From Pseudomonadota bacterium (GTDB lineage Bacteria > Bdellovibrionota_B > Oligoflexia > Silvanigrellales > Silvanigrellaceae), in the NCBI GenBank assembly GCA_039799905.1, contig JBDLRP010000049.1:1-46273 (forward strand): a stretch of DNA of 46,273 nt. Direction: 5' to 3'. Of the stretch, positions 17,092 to 26,448 are shown piece after piece. The translations under genes and the position numbers were made by a program. How positions within the stretch are numbered: position 1 is the first letter of the stretch; every line of letters begins with the position of its first letter. Under the pieces are notes generated by a model that was not told the DNA's origin, did not search any database, and saw nothing but the letters and a program-made list of their open reading frames with translations.

Positions 17092-18879
17092 ATGTCATCC
17101 GACACCCCGGCCCCCGTCGCGGGTCAATCAGCGACAGCCACATGTCTCGCACTTTTTTTTGTTGCATTTGTTTTGTTTTTGCCGTGGCTGGGCAGCGTTC
17201 ATTTGTTTGACTGGGATGAAATAAATTTCGCCGAGGCAGCGCGCGAAATGCTTGTTTCGAAAGATTTTCTTGCGGTGCAAATCGACTTTTGGCCGTTCTG
17301 GGAGAAGCCTCCGCTGTTCATCTGGCTGCAGGCGATTTCAATGAAAATATTCGGTATCAGCGAGTTCGCTGCGCGCTTTCCGAATGCTGTGTGCGGAGCA
17401 CTCGTACTGCCCGCGCTATACTATGTCGGCCACCGACTGCGTTCTCACCTCTTCGGCATTAGCTGGGCATTGTGCTATCTGGGTTCATTTCTTCCGCATT
17501 TTTATTTCCGCAGCGGAATCATCGACCCCTATTTCAACGCCTTTATGTTTGGCTCTCTCGTGTGCCTTGCATTTTCGGAACAAAACGACTGCAAACGCCC
17601 TCTGACACTAACGCTGCTTTCGGGGCTTTTCACCGGCTTGGCGGTTCTCACAAAAGGACCAGTTGGCCTGCTCATCGTCGGAACAAGTTGGGCCATTGTC
17701 TGGGCATGGAACACAATTTCCGAAGAAACATCGCGCGGTGTACCGAGCGGAAAAAAAATTCTGACGATACTCCTGAAGAACATCCCATGGCTGCGCATTG
17801 TGCTTTTCATGGCTGCTTTATCGCTGGCGTCTCTGACTTGGTTCGCTGCAGTCACGCTCAGGGATGGTGGATTTTTCGTTTCTGAGTTTCTCAAGTACCA
17901 AATAAGGCTCTTGCAAACTCAGGATGCCGGCCACGGAGGTCCAATCTATTTTCATGTGCTGGCTATTTTGTTCGGCTGTTTTCCAGCAAGTTTCGTGCTT
18001 TTTGACCTCAAAAACAGCGGCATCGGATCTATTCTCGCGCAGCGCACCTTTGCCCGCTGGATGATGGTCACCGGACTCTTTGTGCTGGTTCTTTTTTCAC
18101 TCGTACAGACAAAAATTGTCCACTATGCCTCGATGACCTACTATCCGCTGACTTTCTTCTCAGCTTTGATTGTCGAAAGATTCATACGGGGTCAGCAAAA
18201 GCCATCCAAATTTCTCATAACCTCTCTCATCGCTTTTGCACTGACTCTCGCACTTGTTCTTGCAGGTCTTGCTTTTGTCGGATCGCGTCCGGAGCAGGTG
18301 GTGCAATACATCCGTGACGACGCAGCCCGCGAGGCCCTGCTGGAGCAGTCCGCGCAATGGTTCACGGCGCAATATTTTACGAGTCTTCCGCTCATCCTTT
18401 CCATTTTTGCCGCAATTTGGTTTTGGAAAAGGCACCATCGCCTGATGGCGGTCACCTCGATCGTCGGCGGTGTTTCGACGGTCATTCTGCTGATGGCATG
18501 GCTTCTGGCACCGAGCGTCGAGGAAGTCGCGCAGGGTCCGCTCATCCGCTTTGCCAAAACTGCGGCGCAGCGCGGCTGTGATGTCGACGTCATCGGACAC
18601 AAAAGCTTCATCCAGCTTTACTACGGCCAAAAGATGCCAATGCACTCTCAGGATAATGATTCTGAACAGCCGAAGAGCCAGTCTGAGGAAAGAATGCGGC
18701 GACTTTATGGCGAGTGGAGGAAACCCGTTCTGCTGATGGCGAAAACCCGCAATCTTGACTCCGTTCTTGAGAGCAAGCAGTTCCGCCTGATTGAAAAAAA
18801 GCAGGGCTTTGCATTTCTATATAAGCAACCTGAGGGTATTCCGCGGAGTTCGGCGTCTTGCGGATTTGTAAGCGACTGA
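17092..18879 (+). CDS. ArnT/PMT-family (GT83-like) membrane glycosyltransferase
   Basis: LFDWDEINFAEAAREM, FWEKPPLFIW, EFAARFPNA, LTKGPVG; many TM helices; GGAG RBS before ATG 17092. Confidence 0.9.
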   Translation: MSSDTPAPVAGQSATATCLALFFVAFVLFLPWLGSVHLFDWDEINFAEAAREMLVSKDFLAVQIDFWPFWEKPPLFIWLQAISMKIFGISEFAARFPNAVCGALVLPALYYVGHRLRSHLFGISWALCYLGSFLPHFYFRSGIIDPYFNAFMFGSLVCLAFSEQNDCKRPLTLTLLSGLFTGLAVLTKGPVGLLIVGTSWAIVWAWNTISEETSRGVPSGKKILTILLKNIPWLRIVLFMAALSLASLTWFAAVTLRDGGFFVSEFLKYQIRLLQTQDAGHGGPIYFHVLAILFGCFPASFVLFDLKNSGIGSILAQRTFARWMMVTGLFVLVLFSLVQTKIVHYASMTYYPLTFFSALIVERFIRGQQKPSKFLITSLIAFALTLALVLAGLAFVGSRPEQVVQYIRDDAAREALLEQSAQWFTAQYFTSLPLILSIFAAIWFWKRHHRLMAVTSIVGGVSTVILLMAWLLAPSVEEVAQGPLIRFAKTAAQRGCDVDVIGHKSFIQLYYGQKMPMHSQDNDSEQPKSQSEERMRRLYGEWRKPVLLMAKTRNLDSVLESKQFRLIEKKQGFAFLYKQPEGIPRSSASCGFVSD

Positions 18880-18913
18880 CCTATGATTTGGGTAACTGGG
18901 CGACGGAGGAAAC

Positions 18914-19498
18914 ATGGAAGTTTCAAAATTTCAACTGACCACCTTTGCGGTGAGTCTTGTGGCGGTCGGACTCTTTTTGGGTATCTATGCATCGGCCGGC
19001 AGAGCTCCACAGAGCAGCGGACAGAGTGTTGTCCTGATGGCTCCGGCTCCCGATCCAAAAACAGAGTTGGCATACCGAAGGAACGGCTTCGCCGACCGCA
19101 TCATGACAGTACAAAGGCGGGAGGCGCTGACAAATTGCTATACGGAATTCCTCAAATCGAATGGGATTGATGAATCCAACTCTGCAGCAACAAAAACCGC
19201 GACCGGCGCCGACCTGAGCAAATTTGAGGGAAAAGTCACTTATGTTTTTCAAATTGCAGAAAACGGTGAAAAAATAACTCACGAGATTGTCGACAGCCAA
19301 ATCAGCGACCGCAATTTTCTTGGTTGCATCGAAGTCGCCCTGCGCGGAGTGCGCTTTCTTCCTCCGCCGCTGGGCATCAACCGATATTTATCGCACGAAT
19401 TCACCTTCAAATCTGAACAGACTTATCGAAAAGAGATGGAAGAGAAGAAGAGTCAGGAGCCATTGGTCCTCATCACCGTGACACCCAAAGCACCCTGA
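18914..19498 (+). CDS. Membrane-anchored protein with AgmX/PglI C-terminal (TonB-C-like) domain
   Basis: N-terminal TM; CY...L...EGKV...F.I..NG...S...CI..ALR..RF.PP pattern. Confidence 0.7.
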   Translation: MEVSKFQLTTFAVSLVAVGLFLGIYASAGRAPQSSGQSVVLMAPAPDPKTELAYRRNGFADRIMTVQRREALTNCYTEFLKSNGIDESNSAATKTATGADLSKFEGKVTYVFQIAENGEKITHEIVDSQISDRNFLGCIEVALRGVRFLPPPLGINRYLSHEFTFKSEQTYRKEMEEKKSQEPLVLITVTPKAP

Positions 19499-19526
19499 AT
19501 TATCCAGAACGGTGCCGCCGAACACT

Positions 19527-19877
19527 TCAGTCGTCAGTTTCAAGACCAACAAACACAGTTTCGATACCGTTGTGCCGGCGAATTTCAACTGGATAAACCG
19601 ACAGTGAGACCACCGCCGGCCCAACCTTAACGGCGCCATTGTTGCCAACATCAAAAACGGCTTTGTGGAAGGGACAAAGCATTTCCCGCGACTGGGGATT
19701 CCAGATGCCGCGCTCTAGCGGTTTGTCGGCGTGTGAACAGTTGTTTTCAAATGCAAAAACCGTTCCGCTGCTGTCGCGGACAAGCAACACCGAAAGTCCA
19801 TCGGCACTGCATTTGACAATCTTATTGTCCACGACTTCTGCAACCGGAACGGTTGGAAAAAAACTCGGCACAAGCAA
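19527..19877 (-). CDS. Rieske [2Fe-2S] ferredoxin
   Basis: CSH...CPFH ligands; last gene of the suf run. Confidence 0.92.
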   Translation of the reverse strand: MLVPSFFPTVPVAEVVDNKIVKCSADGLSVLLVRDSSGTVFAFENNCSHADKPLERGIWNPQSREMLCPFHKAVFDVGNNGAVKVGPAVVSLSVYPVEIRRHNGIETVFVGLETDD

Positions 19878-19893
19878 CGCCTCCCGAGAGGGT

Positions 19894-21219
19894 TTATCCC
19901 AAAACGCGCGCTAGGCCCTGCGTCAGAACAGCATTGGCCCACGTCTGCAGAAGAGTTCCTTCGGGCAATTGTGCAAGCCCGTCGCGCACAAAGCTGCCGA
20001 CAATCAGTTCTTTGGCCTGCTGTTCTGTAAATCCGCGCGTCTGCAGGTAATACATCTGCTTGCCGTCGATCTCACCGGTCGCACTGCCATGCTTGCATGA
20101 CACTTCGTCTGGAAGAATCCTCAGACGGGGCATTGCATCCACACGCGCGCGCTTACTGAGAACGAGATTCTTGTTCACCTGTGAAGCCGATGTTCCGCCT
20201 GCTTCACGCTCGACGTTGATAAGGCCCTGAAAGACCGCCTTACCGCGCTGGCCTGCGAGCATTTTCGCACGCAGATGCGTCTGCGAGTTTGGCGAAATGT
20301 GATCCTGCAATGGTTCGTAATCGACGACCGCCTGACCAGCCGCGATGACGGAGGTGCCGCACTGTGCATGCGCACCCTCACCTTCTGGAACGATGTTGCT
20401 GATGACCCTGAGGGTTCCGGCAGGAGCAAAAACCGAAGCATCCGCAAAGGTGCTGGCAGCCGACAATTTAACCTTGCGCTCTATCAAGATCTTGGCATCG
20501 GTGTCGCTTCCGGCGGCAAATTGCCCCCAAAACTGAGTCATGCGCGCAGCGCGACCAAGCCTGAACGTCACACGGTGATGGGCAAACGAACGAGTTCCAT
20601 GAACGACAGCGACGTCCGCAACCGCATCATCAGCAAGGTCGACCGTCACGTTCGCATAGGATTGCGTGAAGGCCGAGTCACTCTCGACGGCGATGAAAAT
20701 AACGGGTTTATGCTCAAACTTGGGAATCCGCACCAACAACTCGCTGGGCGCACACACTTGCAAGCGCTCCGCCAAAGCAGCCGAAATCGCGCTGTCGCGC
20801 ATAACAGCCTCTGGGCGGGAAGGCCGCGAGGCAATTTCCAACCGCCCGACCCAAGAGTCTGCGGCAGAGCACGAAAGCACGTTCAATCCACCGTTGTTGA
20901 GCTCCAGCAACAACATATTTGCCTCGTCCACGAGGGGGTTCTCACCCTCCGCAGGCGCATTCACGTGCAGAAGTCTGCACAGTGCAGTCTGCATTTCCTC
21001 TGCTGTCACCGTACGGAATTGAATTTTATATGGGGAAGCTGCCAGATGCGAACCGACCACGGGCTGACCGAAGCTGTTCACAACCTCTCCCGCCGGAATA
21101 AAAAAGTCGGCGGGATCTGTCCGGCGCCAGTTTTCTTCGGGAACAGCAGGCAGGCTGCTGAGCGCAGAAATTCGTTCACCGATTGACATCAAACGCAGTG
21201 CATTCGTCGGGGAAGTCAT
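19894..21219 (-). CDS. sufD: Fe-S cluster assembly protein SufD
   Basis: EENWRRTD, AVFQGLI.V, NKNLVLS, P.LRI..DEVSCKHGSATGEID..MYYLQTRG. Confidence 0.9.
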   Translation of the reverse strand: MTSPTNALRLMSIGERISALSSLPAVPEENWRRTDPADFFIPAGEVVNSFGQPVVGSHLAASPYKIQFRTVTAEEMQTALCRLLHVNAPAEGENPLVDEANMLLLELNNGGLNVLSCSAADSWVGRLEIASRPSRPEAVMRDSAISAALAERLQVCAPSELLVRIPKFEHKPVIFIAVESDSAFTQSYANVTVDLADDAVADVAVVHGTRSFAHHRVTFRLGRAARMTQFWGQFAAGSDTDAKILIERKVKLSAASTFADASVFAPAGTLRVISNIVPEGEGAHAQCGTSVIAAGQAVVDYEPLQDHISPNSQTHLRAKMLAGQRGKAVFQGLINVEREAGGTSASQVNKNLVLSKRARVDAMPRLRILPDEVSCKHGSATGEIDGKQMYYLQTRGFTEQQAKELIVGSFVRDGLAQLPEGTLLQTWANAVLTQGLARVLG

Positions 21220-22652
21220 CAGCCCACTCCTCCGTCCATTTCCATTTCGATCAGACGATTGAGCTCGACCGCGTACTCCATCGGCAGCTCCTTGACAAAC
21301 TCTTCGATGAATCCGTTGACCACCATCAGCGTCGCCTGTCGTTCGCTGAAACCACGGCTGGTGAGGTAGTAAATTTGGTCCTCACCCACCTTGCTGACAC
21401 TGGCTTCGTGACCCACATCCACGTTTTCGCGTTCTTCAATTTCCATGGTCGGATAAGTATCCGAGCGCGACTCACGGTCCATCAGCAGAGCATCGCATTG
21501 TACCTTGCTCTTGCAACCAACCATGCCCTTCGCAACTTTGACCAAACCGCGATAGGTCGTTACGCCACCGCTCTTGGAAATGGATTTTGACGTGACAACA
21601 CTCGTGGTGTGCGGTGCTGCGTGCACAATCTTGGAACCTGCATCCTGATGCATGCCGTTGCCCGCAAATGCGACCGACAAAATTTCACCGCGTGCGCGCG
21701 GTCCCATGAGGTAAACGGCAGGATACTTCATGGTGAGCTTTGAGCCGATGTTGCCATCCACCCATTCAACCACCGCATCTTCGTACGCGTAGGCGCGCTT
21801 GGTCACAAGATTGTAAATATTTTTCGACCAGTTCTGGATTGTCGTATAGCGAATCTTGGCACCTTTAAGCGCAATCAGTTCGACCACCGCCGAATGCAGC
21901 GAATCTGAGCGGTAAACCGGAGCCGTGCAACCTTCGATATAGTGAACGCTGGAGTCTTCGTCGGCGATGATGAGTGTGCGCTCGAACTGCCCCATGTTTT
22001 CGGTGTTGATGCGAAAATATGCCTGCAGGGGAATGTCCACCTTCACACCTTTTGGCACGTAGATAAAACTTCCGCCCGACCACACCGCAGTGTTGAGTGC
22101 GGCAAATTTGTTGTCTTCCGAAGGAATGATTGTGCCAAAATATTTTTCCACGATCTCAGGATACTGACGCAGTCCCGTGTCCATATCGAAAAACAGAACG
22201 CCCTGATCTTCGAGGCGCTTCTGCATGCTGTGATAAACAACTTCTGATTCGAATTGCGCCGAAACTCCGGCAAGAAATTTGCGCTCCGCTTCCGGAATTC
22301 CAAGCCGTTCGAAGGTGTCTTTGATTTCGCTGGGAACTTCGTCCCAACTGGTCCCGACACGCTCGGTCGGTCTGACGAAATAGTGAATGTTCGTGAAGTC
22401 GATTTCGCTCAGTGCCTTGGTGTCACCCCATGTGGGCATGGGCTTGCTCTGAAAAATTTCAAAAGCCTTGAGGCGACGCTCGAGCATCCACTCGGGCTCG
22501 CGTTTGAATTTTGAAATCTCCATGACGATTTCGCGGGTCAGGCCTTCCTTGGATTTGGCACCCTTGAAAACATAATTTTCAGCTACGTGAAAGCCGTACT
22601 TGTAATCGTCAAATTCGTTTTGTGCTTTGGTTTCGGAAAGTGTGTCGCTCAT
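21219..22652 (-). CDS. sufB: Fe-S cluster assembly protein SufB
   Basis: [56 protein letters not shown]. Confidence 0.98.
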   Translation of the reverse strand: MSDTLSETKAQNEFDDYKYGFHVAENYVFKGAKSKEGLTREIVMEISKFKREPEWMLERRLKAFEIFQSKPMPTWGDTKALSEIDFTNIHYFVRPTERVGTSWDEVPSEIKDTFERLGIPEAERKFLAGVSAQFESEVVYHSMQKRLEDQGVLFFDMDTGLRQYPEIVEKYFGTIIPSEDNKFAALNTAVWSGGSFIYVPKGVKVDIPLQAYFRINTENMGQFERTLIIADEDSSVHYIEGCTAPVYRSDSLHSAVVELIALKGAKIRYTTIQNWSKNIYNLVTKRAYAYEDAVVEWVDGNIGSKLTMKYPAVYLMGPRARGEILSVAFAGNGMHQDAGSKIVHAAPHTTSVVTSKSISKSGGVTTYRGLVKVAKGMVGCKSKVQCDALLMDRESRSDTYPTMEIEERENVDVGHEASVSKVGEDQIYYLTSRGFSERQATLMVVNGFIEEFVKELPMEYAVELNRLIEMEMDGGVG

Positions 22653-22672
22653 GTTCAGACTCCTTGTCGCAC

Positions 22673-23431
22673 TTATTGTGCGAGCGCTGATTCAGTGCTC
22701 TGACGAACCCAGTCGTAGCCTTCGCGCTCGAGAGCCTGCACGAGTGTCATGTCGCCGCTGCGCGAGACTTTGCCGTCCAGCATAACGTGCACTTTGTCGG
22801 GATTCACAAAATTAAGAAGCCGCTGGTAGTGCGTGATGATGATGAAGGAAGTACCTTCGCTTTCGCGGATTTTTTTGATCGCTTCGGCGACCGTCTTTTG
22901 CGCGTCGACGTCGACTCCGGAATCGATTTCATCGAGGATGGCCACTTTAGGCTTCACAAGTGCGAGCTGAAGCATTTCCAGACGCTTCATCTCACCGCCT
23001 GAAAATCCGTCGTTCAGGTAGCGGCTCAAAACTGAGCGGTCGATGCTGAGCATGTCCATCTTCTCGCGGACAATTTTTCGGAACTCAGCAACACTCACCT
23101 GAACGTTGTGACGCATGCAGTAGAGGTTTCGCAGAAATTCAGAAACCCTCAGGCCGGGGATTGAAACCGGATACTGGAACGCCAGAAACAGGCCAGCCTT
23201 TGCGCGTGCCGCTGTATCGGCATCGGTGATGTCGACTCCATCGAGCACGATATTTCCGCCCGTGCGCTCATAGGATTTGTGTCCCATGAGAACATGGCCC
23301 ATCGTCGACTTACCCACTCCGTTTGGCCCCATAATGACATGAATTTCGCCTGCGGGAATTTCAAGGTCGACGCCTTTGAGGATCTCTTTGTCGCCAATCT
23401 TTGCTTTGAGGTCTTTAATCAACAACATCAC
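22673..23431 (-). CDS. sufC: Fe-S cluster assembly ATPase SufC
   Basis: [45 protein letters not shown]. Confidence 0.97.
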   Translation of the reverse strand: MMLLIKDLKAKIGDKEILKGVDLEIPAGEIHVIMGPNGVGKSTMGHVLMGHKSYERTGGNIVLDGVDITDADTAARAKAGLFLAFQYPVSIPGLRVSEFLRNLYCMRHNVQVSVAEFRKIVREKMDMLSIDRSVLSRYLNDGFSGGEMKRLEMLQLALVKPKVAILDEIDSGVDVDAQKTVAEAIKKIRESEGTSFIIITHYQRLLNFVNPDKVHVMLDGKVSRSGDMTLVQALEREGYDWVRQSTESALAQ

Positions 23432-23477
23432 AAAACTCCGTTTGCGGATGCATCGCGTGCATCCGGGTGCAATAAAA

Positions 23478-24059
23478 TTATTCCGTCGTAATGATCTTTT
23501 TCAGTTTGCGCGACTGGCTGCCGCACGGCTCGCTCAACTTGCAGGCCAACGATTCTGGCCTCTGAATGCCGTTCTCATCAAAATTCTCAGTCAGCAACAG
23601 TTCAAGAGTTTTCCATGCCAGAGCTGCACATTTAATTCGAACAGGAAACTTGCTGACGCCCTGCAGAGCCTCATAGTCTTCTTCGAGTTCATCTTCCGTC
23701 TTGGGTCCGGTACGGCCGGTGTAGATTCCCTCAACTCGCTCGATTTGTGTCCGCGCCTCGCGAACTGTTTTGTTGCTGACTGCCTCGCACATCATACTGG
23801 TGCTGGCCTGGCTGATGCTGCATCCACTGCCTTCGAAACTCACCTTGATGCGCGGCTCGCTCGCCGGACCATGAGACGAAATCAACTGACAATAGAGTGT
23901 GATTTGATCGCCGCACAGCGGGTTCTTGCCCTCCAGACAAAACTGGCAGCCTTCCACCTTGCCTTTGCAACGCGGCCGGCGTGAGTGCTCGACGATAATC
24001 TCTTGGTACAACTCCCCAAGACTTGGAGTTTCTTTAGTTATTATGGAGTCTTGAATCAT
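23478..24059 (-). CDS. sufU: SufU (Zn-dependent sulfur-transfer/scaffold protein)
   Basis: LYQEIIVEH, NPLCGD, GCSISQAS, RIKCA.LAW. Confidence 0.93.
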   Translation of the reverse strand: MIQDSIITKETPSLGELYQEIIVEHSRRPRCKGKVEGCQFCLEGKNPLCGDQITLYCQLISSHGPASEPRIKVSFEGSGCSISQASTSMMCEAVSNKTVREARTQIERVEGIYTGRTGPKTEDELEEDYEALQGVSKFPVRIKCAALAWKTLELLLTENFDENGIQRPESLACKLSEPCGSQSRKLKKIITTE

Positions 24060-24206
24060 AACCTGACACCACGCTAAATTTCAGTCTTTTCCCCGAATTT
24101 CCCTGCAAATTCAGGCGCTCAGGGGACTACAGAGGGCAATAGCATGACCACCCCGCGGATGCGACGAAATTGGTCATGTCGAACCTTGATATAAAAATTT
24201 ACTAGA

Positions 24207-25466
24207 TTATTTCAATACAGAAGTTGCGTTTTTTATAGCTTCAATCGCCTGCTGAACGTCGTCTTGATCCGAATATGCGGCAAAACTGGCTCTAACGAGG
24301 GCATCCACACCCAACAATCGAACCAGCGGCCAAGCGCAATGGTGCCCTGCCCGCATTGCCACGTTGCTCGAATCAAGAATTGTGGCCAAGTCATGTGCAT
24401 GGATGGCTTCATGGCGGAAGGAAACCAGAGTTTCTTGTCCCGTCTCCGGATAAAACAGCTGAATGCCTTTGATGCGAGACAATTGGTTTGCAAATTCGCC
24501 TGCCAGTGCCGCCGCGTGAGTGTGAATCCGCGGCCGACCGACTGTTTCGAGCCAGTCGAGGGCTGCAGCCAAACCGATCGCTTCAGTGATTGGTGGAGTT
24601 CCTGCCTCAAACTTTGCAACACCTGTCGTCCACTGTGATTCGGACAATGTCACCGAACTGATCATGCCGCCGCCTGTAAGCAACGGTGGAAGTGAGTCAA
24701 TCAGCTCCGGTCGCGCGGCGAGGATTCCAATTCCCGTCGGCCCGTACAATTTGTGGCCACTGAATACGAGGGCATCCACTCCCCAATCAAAGGGATTTTC
24801 CGAGAAGCAACTCAGGCTCTGTGCGCAGTCGAGGACCACAAGCGCCCCGACTTTTTTGGCCATGGCAACAATTTCTGCGACCGGATTGACCTGACCAAGA
24901 ACGTTGCCGACGTGCGCGAGCGCGACCACAGCCGTATTAGTCGTGATCATTTTTGCGGCTGCCGAGAGATCCAACTGCAAGCTGGCACCCTTCACACCGG
25001 CAAGCGGTATGTATGCGAGCTCGCAATCAGCACGCAACGCAGCTTGCTGCCACGGAACAAAGTTCGCATGGTGTTCGATAGCGGGAATGACAATACGGCT
25101 GTTCTCGTTGAGGCGGGTCAGACCAATTCCATTTGCCAGTATATTCAACGACTCGGTTGCGCCACGCGTGAAAACAATCTGCGAGGGCAAAACTCCCTTG
25201 CCGATAAAACTTGCAACCCGAGCGCGGGCTGACTCGTATTTTTCGCTTGCACGGATCGACAATTGGTATGCACCGCGATGCACCGAGCCATAATCGTGGG
25301 ACAGAAAATGACTCATCGAGTCGATGACACACTGCGGTTTTTGTGTGGAGACGGCCGAGTCCAAGTAACAAAGAGGAACGGCAGAACCGTCTTTACCGGT
25401 CCGCTGATTGTTCGCAAAGATGGGAAATTCCAATCTAAGCGGTTGTCCAAGTTCCTTCATTGTCAC
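24207..25466 (-). CDS. sufS: Cysteine desulfurase, group II
   Basis: YLDSA.STQKP, VHRG, EHHANFVPWQ, SGHKLYGPTGIG, FEAGTP, RAGHHCA. Confidence 0.96.
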   Translation of the reverse strand: MTMKELGQPLRLEFPIFANNQRTGKDGSAVPLCYLDSAVSTQKPQCVIDSMSHFLSHDYGSVHRGAYQLSIRASEKYESARARVASFIGKGVLPSQIVFTRGATESLNILANGIGLTRLNENSRIVIPAIEHHANFVPWQQAALRADCELAYIPLAGVKGASLQLDLSAAAKMITTNTAVVALAHVGNVLGQVNPVAEIVAMAKKVGALVVLDCAQSLSCFSENPFDWGVDALVFSGHKLYGPTGIGILAARPELIDSLPPLLTGGGMISSVTLSESQWTTGVAKFEAGTPPITEAIGLAAALDWLETVGRPRIHTHAAALAGEFANQLSRIKGIQLFYPETGQETLVSFRHEAIHAHDLATILDSSNVAMRAGHHCAWPLVRLLGVDALVRASFAAYSDQDDVQQAIEAIKNATSVLK

Positions 25467-25545
25467 TCCGTCCGTTGGTCAGCTGCGTCAAAAGTGAAAC
25501 GGCTGCAGGTCCGCTAAATTACGCGCCAATGCGCAGGTAGCAAAT

Positions 25546-25591
25546 GAGTTCCCCCCTCGCAACCGGATGACCCGGAGGGAGGGGGGAATTC
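25546..25591. promoter_or_regulatory. Strong intergenic stem-loop between the Rrf2 gene and sufS
   Basis: GAGTTCCCCCCTC (25546-25558) and GAGGGGGGAATTC (25579-25591) are near-perfect inverted repeats enclosing a CCGG/CCGG inner stem. Confidence 0.7.
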
Positions 25592-25622
25592 CAGAATTCC
25601 AAATTGGCACACGACGGCTGGC

Positions 25623-26123
25623 TTACCCTTGGGCAATACCAACTACGTTGCGCAGTCCTGTTTTTGGACGTGACTCCATCAGGTCGACAGGATCCAAACC
25701 CTTTGCCAGAATCCGACCTTCAGCCTCGCTCAGCATTTTAGCCAGCGTACAGGCTTTCAATTGCTCAACAATTGCATCTGAAACCGCGTTCCACGCTGGT
25801 TCCGTGATGCACTCGGTTGCATAGGCCAGGTTGTCCTCGGGTTTGTGGCCGTGAACGCTGTAAGGTTCGTCTTCTACAGAGTTCACAACGTCCCAGACCG
25901 ATATCTCATCAGGCTCGAGCGCCAGATGGTAGCCACCCTCACGTCCGCGCAGGCTCTGAATCAGGCCGCTGTTACGCAGACGCATGAGAATTTGGTCCAT
26001 GTAGTCCGTCGGGATGCCCTGACGAACCGCAATGTGCCTACGCTGCACCGGACCAACTCTGTGATGGTAGGCAATGTCCATCAACGCTTTCAGTCCGAAT
26101 CGGGTTTTTGCAGTGATGTTCAT
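25623..26123 (-). CDS. Rrf2-family transcriptional regulator (IscR/CymR-like)
   Basis: IAVRQGIPTDYMDQIL..LR.SGLIQSLRG..GGYHL winged HTH; first gene of the suf locus. Confidence 0.93.
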   Translation of the reverse strand: MNITAKTRFGLKALMDIAYHHRVGPVQRRHIAVRQGIPTDYMDQILMRLRNSGLIQSLRGREGGYHLALEPDEISVWDVVNSVEDEPYSVHGHKPEDNLAYATECITEPAWNAVSDAIVEQLKACTLAKMLSEAEGRILAKGLDPVDLMESRPKTGLRNVVGIAQG

Positions 26124-26448
26124 GGCAGACCCCTTATTTTTGCTCTTTTAGAGAGCATGGTTATTTCGCTCATTTCGTGACGTACAACTTCAACTTGTAC
26201 AACCCACCCTACACCTTGCCTCTTCGGTCAGCAAGCCGACAATTAAAGCTATATTTTTTGCACGCCGTTCGGGGTGTCCGTTTAATCTTGGTTTTTTATA
26301 GGAGTTTTAGTGTCTTATATCCATCAAATCAGCAGGACAGTTGGTTCTTCGTCTAAGTCGTCAATTTTCTTGCTCTGAACAATTGGGGAATTTGATCCGA
26401 ATCACTCTCTAACCAGTCAATTATCAAGTTTTTCTTTTACGGAGATTT

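Noticed and set aside
20275..21186. 303-aa antisense ORF over sufD (also 34749-35552 over mfd)
   Set aside because: Typical antisense shadow ORFs with no motifs
26124..26448. IscR/Rrf2 operator in the AT-rich divergent promoter region
   Set aside because: Only a weak half-site resemblance near 26232-26254; no convincing palindrome
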